IMG/VR virus record: IMGVR_UViG_3300020437_000005
Span: 18,121-82,120 of that record
Direction: 5' to 3' (one strand)
Length of the DNA stretch: 64,000 bases
From: a virus
The translations under genes were made by a program, and so were the position numbers. Below the pieces are notes generated by a model, which was not told the origin of the DNA, ran no database searches, and saw only the letters and a list, made by a program, of their open reading frames with translations. This document shows, in pieces, positions 28,477 to 34,803 of this stretch (within the stretch, counting starts at the first letter, position 1; each line of letters opens with the position of its first letter).

Positions 28477-28683
28477 ATGACCAAGTTTCGTGAGTTTGCA
28501 ACAGAAGCAATGTATTTTTGTGCTTGTTTCGGTACACTCTCTCTTGTGACTTTGTTCTGCACAGTCAACATGAATACGAGTTCCTCTATCATGAATCCTG
28601 TTGATGTTGAAACTGTATCAAATCCTTCTGATACTTCACCTGCTCGTGTTGACTATCTGACCAACATTCAAGAGGGTAACTGA
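28477..28683 (+). CDS. Small membrane protein
   Basis: Hydrophobic AMYFCACFGTLSLVTLFCTV. Confidence 0.6.
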   Translation: MTKFREFATEAMYFCACFGTLSLVTLFCTVNMNTSSSIMNPVDVETVSNPSDTSPARVDYLTNIQEGN

Positions 28684-28860
28684 ATGAAACCCTATCCGCT
28701 TGGAATTGACAACCCCATTCTGATTAAGCAGGTGTGGGGTTCTACTGACTGGGCATTGTATTGGAGAAAAGATCACATTAAGATCGCCACATTTTCTAAT
28801 CAATTCACTGCCTACGACATGCGCCGTTCTATTCTTCGTGCTCTTGGTTACGATGCTTGA
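28684..28860 (+). CDS. 58-aa hypothetical protein (MKPYPLGIDNPILIKQVWGS...)
   Basis: Read manually; ATG directly after the previous stop. Confidence 0.6.
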   Translation: MKPYPLGIDNPILIKQVWGSTDWALYWRKDHIKIATFSNQFTAYDMRRSILRALGYDA

Positions 28861-29017
28861 TCTCATTCTTGCCTACGAATCTGGTGAACTTGACAATGAC
28901 CAGATTGTTGAATTGTTCCAACAGATCTATGACAACAAAGCATACCTTTGGTTGCAAGGTCATTACGATCGCACACTTGCTCATCTAATTGACTCCGGTC
29001 TCATTCACATTGATTGA
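28853..29017 (+). CDS. 54-aa hypothetical protein (MLDLILAYESGELD...WLQGHYDR)
   Basis: Read manually; 8-nt overlap with the previous gene. Confidence 0.6.
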   Translation: MLDLILAYESGELDNDQIVELFQQIYDNKAYLWLQGHYDRTLAHLIDSGLIHID

Positions 29018-29026
29018 CACAAACTC

Positions 29027-29215
29027 ATGAACTACGATGTTGACGAACGCCAAACCTCCATTGATAACATGGAGGACACATTATTTGAAAAGATGAAGTT
29101 TGCCTTTATTCGTGAGAATGTGGGTGATGCTGAAGCGATCAAGAATGAGTGGGTTGTTGATGAAGACGACGAACCGGATAATTTTCTCTTTGTTCCCAAT
29201 CTTACACTAGACTGA
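29027..29215 (+). CDS. Acidic hypothetical protein
   Basis: ORF track; TGATG coupling to the next gene. Confidence 0.6.
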   Translation: MNYDVDERQTSIDNMEDTLFEKMKFAFIRENVGDAEAIKNEWVVDEDDEPDNFLFVPNLTLD

Positions 29216-29409
29216 TGACACAACTCGACTTTGATCGTTCGATGATGGAACTTAAACTGCGTAAACAGACTCTACTGGATGAGATCGCGCAGATCAATGC
29301 TTCTATAGAGTTTCTTCAAGAACAGAAGAATAACATCGTAGGTGAACAACAGGAGAGGACAGAAGAGATCTATAATGATATACTGGGAGATGAGTATTTC
29401 TCAGAATAA
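29215..29409 (+). CDS. Coiled-coil hypothetical protein
   Basis: ORF track; heptad pattern. Confidence 0.6.
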   Translation: MTQLDFDRSMMELKLRKQTLLDEIAQINASIEFLQEQKNNIVGEQQERTEEIYNDILGDEYFSE

Positions 29410-29472
29410 TAACATAACTCTCCGAGAGTTTCCGAGATTCGAGCGACGCGAGCGCCGATTTTTTTCATTCTC

Positions 29473-29506
29473 AAAGTTACTCACCTTCTGATTGTACCAG
29501 TTGTAT
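29473..29506 (+). repeat. Intergenic element, copy 8
   Basis: AAAGTTACTCACCTTCTGATTGTACCAGTTGTAT; position 33 is the A of ATG 29505. Confidence 0.92.
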
Positions 29507-29732
29507 GAGAATCACTTCCACCATGGTCCCTGTCCCTGACGACATCCGCGCCGCTGCCGTTCTTGAACAGATCAAAGATTGCAAGGTTGAAGATCCCTTT
29601 GGCAACCGATACAGCATTGTCGATGTTAAGTGCTTCAACGGTAAAGTGCGATCCATTGGTCTCAAAGGCGCTGATGGTGTTGTTATGTACGCCTCGAAGA
29701 ATGTCTTTCTTGAAATGACATCTATTGCTTAA
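29505..29732 (+). CDS. Hypothetical protein (possibly leaderless)
   Basis: ORF starts inside the element's 3' end. Confidence 0.6.
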   Translation: MRITSTMVPVPDDIRAAAVLEQIKDCKVEDPFGNRYSIVDVKCFNGKVRSIGLKGADGVVMYASKNVFLEMTSIA

Positions 29733-29735
29733 TTC

Positions 29736-29918
29736 ATGAAACTTCGTAAAATTCACATGAAAACGATTCTGATTGTGTTAGTTGGTGTGCTGGTTTGGAC
29801 GAACAACGATGCACGCACATTCACTGCAAAAGCACTCTATCGTGCTGCTGAGTTTGTATCACCCGAACCTGAATCTCGTTCGATCGGTGAAACAATCGAT
29901 GAAATCTTCTCTCGTTAA
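29736..29918 (+). CDS. Small membrane protein
   Basis: MKTILIVLVGVLVW hydrophobic segment. Confidence 0.6.
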   Translation: MKLRKIHMKTILIVLVGVLVWTNNDARTFTAKALYRAAEFVSPEPESRSIGETIDEIFSR

Positions 29919-29926
29919 TTGACATC

Positions 29927-30127
29927 ATGCAAGAAACTAAGTTCAATCTCTATGGCGAACATATCCGTCCTAATGGTCATCAACAGTGGGACATTCTGAG
30001 TTACATTGCTGAGACAAGAGAGGATGCGATTGCTGCATGTAGGAAGAACAATCCTTACTTTCACATTATCACAATTCAGGTAGATGATACATCACCTGAA
30101 GTCGTGAGGTTGCAATCTCTGATTTGA
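29927..30127 (+). CDS. Hypothetical protein
   Basis: ORF track; stop overlaps element copy 9. Confidence 0.6.
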   Translation: MQETKFNLYGEHIRPNGHQQWDILSYIAETREDAIAACRKNNPYFHIITIQVDDTSPEVVRLQSLI

Positions 30128-30160
30128 AAGTTACTCACCTCCTGATCGTACCAGTAGTGT
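30127..30160 (+). repeat. Intergenic element, copy 9
   Basis: AAAGTTACTCACCTCCTGATCGTACCAGTAGTGT. Confidence 0.93.
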
Positions 30161-30172
30161 AAGCACTCAACC

Positions 30173-30334
30173 ATGACAGACCAAACCTACTCCGAAATCC
30201 TCAAAGTTTGGAACGACGAAACTCCTGACGATTTTGCAATCTTCAGTGAACTCTACTACCAAATGTTCGGTGGAGAGTTTGACATTCCTTACATCACACA
30301 GTCTACCACTTCTGCATTTTTCCCCTACGATTGA
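30173..30334 (+). CDS. 53-aa hypothetical protein (MTDQTYSEILKVWNDETPDDF...)
   Basis: Read manually; first ATG after copy 9. Confidence 0.6.
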   Translation: MTDQTYSEILKVWNDETPDDFAIFSELYYQMFGGEFDIPYITQSTTSAFFPYD

Positions 30335-30352
30335 TCAACAGGAGTTAGTTTG

Positions 30353-30526
30353 ATGACTTATTCTGAACTTTTGGTGCAACTGCTTCAACTTAATACAGAA
30401 CAGTTGAGGCAAGACGTTACAGTCTATGATTCTGACACTGATGAACACTATCCTATGAAGGAGTTTGTGTATGCAACTGATGCACAAAATGTTCTAGACA
30501 CTGACCACCCTATTCTTTCTTTCTGA
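30353..30526 (+). CDS. 57-aa hypothetical protein (MTYSELLVQLLQLNTEQLRQDVTVYD...)
   Basis: AGGAG RBS; read manually. Confidence 0.65.
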   Translation: MTYSELLVQLLQLNTEQLRQDVTVYDSDTDEHYPMKEFVYATDAQNVLDTDHPILSF

Positions 30527-30529
30527 ACC

Positions 30530-30940
30530 ATGTCTACCAACGCAAGAATCGCAATTCAACTGTCAGACAAACCCGGTTACTATGTCTCTGTTTATCATCA
30601 CTGGGATGGTTATCCGCAGTGGTTGGGTAAGACTCTCGGACAACACTTTGACTCTCGTAAGTTAGCATCCGATCTGATTGATGGTGGAGACATGTCATGC
30701 TGCTGGTCAGATACAGACTGGAACATGAAGAAACTCCCAACCAATCGTCCTCTCTATTATTCTGAGCGTGGTGAGGATTGCCCTCCTCAACTTGCAACCA
30801 CTACAGACGATTTGTTCGAGCAATGTGAGAACTGTGGTGCAGAGTATGTTTACATCTACACTCCAGATCACGGTTGGGTATCACACAGTGTCTATGATTA
30901 TACTTCTGGCAAATTTCAATCAGCAACTCTCTCTAACTAA
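30530..30940 (+). CDS. Phage hypothetical protein with YxHxDGYP motif
   Basis: MSTNARI...VYHHWDGYP...AEYVYIY. Confidence 0.75.
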   Translation: MSTNARIAIQLSDKPGYYVSVYHHWDGYPQWLGKTLGQHFDSRKLASDLIDGGDMSCCWSDTDWNMKKLPTNRPLYYSERGEDCPPQLATTTDDLFEQCENCGAEYVYIYTPDHGWVSHSVYDYTSGKFQSATLSN

Positions 30941-30949
30941 CATTCAATC

Positions 30950-31171
30950 ATGACAACTTCCACTTTTCTCACTAACATGAACGACGAGCAACTTGACAAA
31001 CTCAAAGACAACTATGCCTACCTGATTGTGGATGGTATGGATATGGATTCTCTCATTACTTTCGCTGTCGAAACTGTTGCTCACAATTTAGAAACCTGGA
31101 CAGAGGAAGAAATCAAGGAAGAGATTCTCGATCATTATGGTGAAGAAACTCTGAATGATCTTCTATCCTAA
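30950..31171 (+). CDS. Acidic hypothetical protein
   Basis: ORF track; IVDGMDMDSL. Confidence 0.65.
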   Translation: MTTSTFLTNMNDEQLDKLKDNYAYLIVDGMDMDSLITFAVETVAHNLETWTEEEIKEEILDHYGEETLNDLLS

Positions 31172-31273
31172 AATCACACAAATTTAAGTATAATCACTCA
31201 CAAAAATGATTCAAAATCAATTAAAAATGGTTTAATAAATATACTTTCGTTTTCTATCTCTCTTGTTACTTGA

Positions 31274-31315
31274 CAGTTACTCCGTGGTTGTTTGACAGTA
31301 TCTGCGGAGTAATTG
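31274..31315 (+). other. 14-bp inverted repeat/hairpin in a non-coding gap
   Basis: CAGTTACTCCGTGG ... CTGCGGAGTAATTG; all three mismatches are G-U on the + strand. Confidence 0.7.
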
Positions 31316-31354
31316 CACTGATAAATGTACGAACTTATAGTGATCTTGGACCTC

Positions 31355-31383
31355 ATTCTATCACCACTCCGCGAAAATGTCAA
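31355..31383 (-). promoter_or_regulatory. Antisense sigma70-type promoter
   Basis: Minus strand TTGACA-17 nt-TAGAAT with TGn extension. Confidence 0.7.
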
Positions 31384-31456
31384 GTCCCCCGCAATCAGAA
31401 ATCCCACACAAAACACTTCGTAATATAAGGAGGACTCATAAATAGTCTGCGGTAGA

Positions 31457-31485
31457 TTGACAGATTCTCTCTGACGATCTATAAT
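31457..31485 (+). promoter_or_regulatory. Perfect sigma70 promoter
   Basis: TTGACA-17 nt-TATAAT. Confidence 0.85.
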
Positions 31486-31514
31486 AACAAAGTAACACTC
31501 CCACCCTTCCAACC

Positions 31515-31688
31515 ATGCCTGCTATCTATCACCAAGCACAGAAGAGTAAGTATCGCATCACCCTGGAAATCGAAGCAATGAGTGACTTCGACCCGCATAA
31601 TATCAACTGGGATCGATTGTTTAAGTTGGAAGGTTCGGAGAATTGTGATGCTTATATAGAGGACCTGAGTACACCTGACCGTTGGTAA
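31515..31688 (+). CDS. 57-aa hypothetical protein (MPAIYHQAQKSKYRITLEIE...EDLSTPDRW)
   Basis: Read manually; directly downstream of the promoter. Confidence 0.65.
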   Translation: MPAIYHQAQKSKYRITLEIEAMSDFDPHNINWDRLFKLEGSENCDAYIEDLSTPDRW

Positions 31689-31701
31689 TCGCAGTCGCTT
31701 T

Positions 31702-31735
31702 AAAGTTACTCACCTCTTGATCGTACCAGTGGTGT
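31702..31735 (+). repeat. Intergenic element, copy 10
   Basis: AAAGTTACTCACCTCTTGATCGTACCAGTGGTGT. Confidence 0.93.
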
Positions 31736-31760
31736 AAGAAACCAACAGAAACAAACAAAC

Positions 31761-31934
31761 ATGCTCACCCGATCTGATCTTCTCACCGTTCGCGACTACT
31801 TCTCCGGAGATGAGTGGGACCTGATTGATGCTGCTCTCAGTGAGTATCAGGACCATTTTGACACTGATGAAGATGCAATCGTGTTCAACACATTGCAATC
31901 GAAACTCGCAGGATTGTTCCGTATTGTAGACTGA
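31761..31934 (+). CDS. 57-aa hypothetical protein (MLTRSDLLTVRDYFSGDEWDLIDAALSEYQDH...)
   Basis: Read manually; first ATG after copy 10. Confidence 0.65.
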   Translation: MLTRSDLLTVRDYFSGDEWDLIDAALSEYQDHFDTDEDAIVFNTLQSKLAGLFRIVD

Positions 31935-31976
31935 GAATCGGTACTCTAAGTAACACTCAACTATCACTCTCACATC

Positions 31977-32291
31977 ATGCGTAAGATCGAAACTCTGATG
32001 AACAAAGCAATCGCGGACGGCAAAGATTGGTCGCTCGATAACACTAGAGTCGAGTCCTACGGTGACATCGCCCACGTCTATCTTTACGGCAAACTTATCT
32101 CAAGAATCGGCGAAGGTTGGATACAATTATTCGACGGAGGTAAGCAATCGAAGACCACCAAATCTCGCCTGAATGCTGTACTCGAAGCGAATGGATTGCC
32201 GGGTGAACGTGTCTTTCAACGCAATCGTCAGTGGTTCGTTAACTACAACGGACATCCAATTCCTTTCTTCTCAGGTATGCGTATGAATTGA
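31977..32291 (+). CDS. Phage hypothetical protein (MRKIE...TTKSRLNA family)
   Basis: Recognisable phage early-protein motif. Confidence 0.75.
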   Translation: MRKIETLMNKAIADGKDWSLDNTRVESYGDIAHVYLYGKLISRIGEGWIQLFDGGKQSKTTKSRLNAVLEANGLPGERVFQRNRQWFVNYNGHPIPFFSGMRMN

Positions 32292-32375
32292 TAAAGTATC
32301 GGTAACCTGGGCACGTTAGCGTTGCATCGGTAAGTCCCAGGTCTTCATTCTTCACTAACACTTTTCTCTTTTATT

Positions 32376-32510
32376 ATGTCTCGCTCAACTGCACTCGGTC
32401 TTCTCAACATCGGCGCTGACGGTAATGAAATCCTTGCCATTCTCGATGTTATCGCTGAGATCGAATCCGAGAAGGTTATCGACGAAATCGCAGATCTCCT
32501 GTTTAATTGA
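32376..32510 (+). CDS. 44-aa acidic mini-protein (MSRSTALGLLNIGADGNEILAILDVI...)
   Basis: Read manually. Confidence 0.55.
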   Translation: MSRSTALGLLNIGADGNEILAILDVIAEIESEKVIDEIADLLFN

Positions 32511-32514
32511 TACG

Positions 32515-32703
32515 ATGATCACCAACGTCGCTACAGCGTCCCGTCTAGATCTTGAGATCGCTGACACTCGGGGACAGATCAAGTACACACGTTTGAAACC
32601 ACAATCACCTCGTCGTTCGTTGTTAGTCTTGACACAAACTAAGGGTCTCCGAACTAACACGAATCGAGGTAAGATTAACGACAAACACGCTACATCGATC
32701 TGA
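32515..32703 (+). CDS. 62-aa basic hypothetical protein (MITNVATASRLDLEIADTRGQIKYTRL...)
   Basis: Internal ATG of ORF 32425..32703 removes the overlap with 32376..32510. Confidence 0.55.
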   Translation: MITNVATASRLDLEIADTRGQIKYTRLKPQSPRRSLLVLTQTKGLRTNTNRGKINDKHATSI

Positions 32704-32719
32704 CACGATTGCAGAGGGG

Positions 32720-32748
32720 TTGACAACACTCAATCCCTCTGATATACT
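32720..32748 (+). promoter_or_regulatory. sigma70 promoter embedded in an inverted repeat
   Basis: TTGACA-17 nt-TATACT; AGAGGGGTTGA/TCAATCCCTCT arms at 32713-32740. Confidence 0.7.
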
Positions 32749-32896
32749 GACAGTAGGTATCGCAGTGTTGGGCGTTTATCGTCGTTCGTTGATGCGTCGC
32801 GTGTATATAAAAAAACCCAACTTCCCTAACCTACAACGGACCGAATTCGAGAGGTATATATAATTCAACTTTTGTTTTGATGCGGAGAAAAAAATT

Positions 32897-33082
32897 TTGC
32901 CCAGAAAAATTTCGCCCCAAAAGGTTTATCACATATACGCAAAGAATGAGTGTTTATACAAGAATCTAACAGAAGGACAATTTAAGAAGACATGGATAAC
33001 CCTCAATGGTATGGTCGGAATCATGAAAACCGATTATGTGGTTGAGGATTTGTCATATGAGGAGATAATAGTATCTGATTGA
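32897..33082 (+). CDS. Hypothetical protein (YHIYAKNECLY...LSYEE)
   Basis: ORF track; start uncertain (TTG). Confidence 0.5.
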   Translation: MPRKISPQKVYHIYAKNECLYKNLTEGQFKKTWITLNGMVGIMKTDYVVEDLSYEEIIVSD

Positions 33083-33107
33083 CAGTGCATATATAAACTG
33101 TTATAAT
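33079..33107 (+). promoter_or_regulatory. Perfect sigma70 promoter
   Basis: TTGACA-17 nt-TATAAT with TGn extension. Confidence 0.85.
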
Positions 33108-33130
33108 TGATATGAAGTTAATTCAAACTT

Positions 33131-33907
33131 ATGGCTAAAGGATTTACTGTTAAGGCAAATGCCCCCACAGCGCCTAAAGAGGAAGAGTGGGACTATGACG
33201 CGATTAAAGAGCGTATGAAAGGGAAGACGATTGTATTCTGTCTTCCAGGAAGAGGATGTTCGTATACCTTTCTAAAAAACTTTGTACAGATGTGTTTTGA
33301 TCTGGTACAGAATGGAATGGCTATTCAGATCAGTCAAGACTATTCATCCATGGTGAACTTCGCACGTTGTAAGTGTTTAGGTGCAAATGTTCTCCGTGGT
33401 CCTAATCAAGCACCATGGGACGGTAAACTGCAGTATGACTATCAACTGTGGATTGACAGTGATATTGTCTTTAACTCTCAGAAGTTCTGGCAACTTTGTG
33501 ATCTTGCAGTTCCTGCTGAAGGTGAAGAACGTGATATCACCGCTGGTTGGTATTGCACAGAAGACGGTCAAACATCTTCTGTTGCACACTGGTTGGACGA
33601 AGAAGACTTCCGTGGTAATGGTGGTGTCATGAATCATGAAACACTGGAAACCATGGCAAATCGTCAGAAACCATTCACTGTAGATTACACAGGCTTTGGA
33701 TGGGTCATGATTAAGAATGGCGTATTTGAGAATGACAAAATGGTTTATCCATGGTTTGCGCCTAAAATGCAGGTATTTGAAAGTGGTGAAGTTCAAGACA
33801 TGTGCGGCGAGGATGTCTCATTCTGTCTAGATGCAAAAGAAGCAGGTTATGAAATCTGGTGCGACCCACGCATTCGTGTCGGTCATGAAAAGACTCGTGT
33901 AATTTGA
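33131..33907 (+). CDS. GT-A fold (GT2-like) glycosyltransferase-like protein
   Basis: FARCK...YDYQLWIDSDIVF (DxD)...TGFGWVMIK...GEDVSFC...VGHEK. Confidence 0.75.
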   Translation: MAKGFTVKANAPTAPKEEEWDYDAIKERMKGKTIVFCLPGRGCSYTFLKNFVQMCFDLVQNGMAIQISQDYSSMVNFARCKCLGANVLRGPNQAPWDGKLQYDYQLWIDSDIVFNSQKFWQLCDLAVPAEGEERDITAGWYCTEDGQTSSVAHWLDEEDFRGNGGVMNHETLETMANRQKPFTVDYTGFGWVMIKNGVFENDKMVYPWFAPKMQVFESGEVQDMCGEDVSFCLDAKEAGYEIWCDPRIRVGHEKTRVI

Positions 33908-33918
33908 GGTAAAGACTT

Positions 33919-34059
33919 ATGGCAATGCGTTCAAAGACCGGAGATCTGATTGTTCCAACTCCGAAAAACACTCGTCAAGGGACGGGCAAACATACCAAAT
34001 ATGCCGCAACGTCTCGTAATAAAGCGCGAAAGCGTTACCGTGGCCAGGGAAGAGGTTAA
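33919..34059 (+). CDS. 46-aa very basic mini-protein ending KRYRGQGRG
   Basis: GAGGT RBS; read manually. Confidence 0.65.
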   Translation: MAMRSKTGDLIVPTPKNTRQGTGKHTKYAATSRNKARKRYRGQGRG

Positions 34060-34088
34060 ATAAGAGAAGAGTTTATAAAATTTAATAT

Positions 34089-34745
34089 ATGTCTTGTTTA
34101 ATCTCTAACTTACCTTCAGAAGAAGTATGGGTCCGAAAAGAGTATCTTACGGATCATCAGAGTGGACACGGACAATTTGTAAAGGGCGTTTGGGTATCTG
34201 TTAAGTCGATACCTGGACGCGCTTTTTATTTTGAGACATATTTGCCAGAGTATGCTGCGATGTATGATAAATTACCAATCGCCGCGTTTCTCTCGGAACC
34301 AAAGACACCAGATCCAGATATGGATCTTCCAAACTTACAATTCTGGAATTGCATGGACTACGGTGTAGTGACCGTAGATAAGAAGTTTATAGGTTCTATG
34401 GACTTTGAGTGCTACACAAGAGATCATGGACCTCAGAGGGGATCCTACGTATGTACCATAGACAATTATCATCATGATCCAGACTACGTTGACTATGCAA
34501 CAAGTGAAAATCCTGCAGAACATAAATCACACAATCTAATTCAACTAGATAATGGTCAGTTTTGTTTATATCCAAATAATAGACTAAGAATATATGACAA
34601 TAGTTTAACTCCGAAGACTCCAAAAACTCCAGACTTCAAAGTGTCTACCATAGAATATCAAGTTGAACGTGGATATGATCGTTTAGGAATGGGTAATGAA
34701 GAAGAATATTTCTGGAAAACTTCGAAAGAGAGAGAAAATAAATAG
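34089..34745 (+). CDS. Conserved myophage hypothetical protein preceding gp25
   Basis: WVRKEYL...HK.HN...LDNGQF.LYPNNR; TTAAATA late-like promoter at 34056. Confidence 0.75.
   Translation: MSCLISNLPSEEVWVRKEYLTDHQSGHGQFVKGVWVSVKSIPGRAFYFETYLPEYAAMYDKLPIAAFLSEPKTPDPDMDLPNLQFWNCMDYGVVTVDKKFIGSMDFECYTRDHGPQRGSYVCTIDNYHHDPDYVDYATSENPAEHKSHNLIQLDNGQFCLYPNNRLRIYDNSLTPKTPKTPDFKVSTIEYQVERGYDRLGMGNEEEYFWKTSKERENK
34738..34744 (+). promoter_or_regulatory. Late promoter ATAAATA
   Basis: Consensus match upstream of a structured leader and small ORF. Confidence 0.6.
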
Positions 34746-34803
34746 TTTACTGGGATAGAACCCCTAAAAAAGTTCTGATTTGTTCAAATCAGAGGAAAAT
34801 CTC

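Noticed and set aside
31198-31512. 104-aa minus-strand ORF
   Set aside because: It spans both promoters, its internal ATG overlaps the antisense -10 box, and its composition is atypical; likely non-coding.
22870-31735. CRISPR array interpretation of the 10-copy repeat
   Set aside because: Intervals are 388-1575 nt and contain intact genes, the repeats degenerate at fixed positions, and no cas genes are present.
22870-31735. Integron attC sites
   Set aside because: No RYYYAAC/GTTRRRY pair, the weak TTAC/GTAA symmetry is lost in several copies, and no integrase is in the window.
34750-34780. preQ1-I riboswitch
   Set aside because: P1 is only 3 bp, the ligand-binding loop consensus is absent, and there is no queuosine gene downstream.
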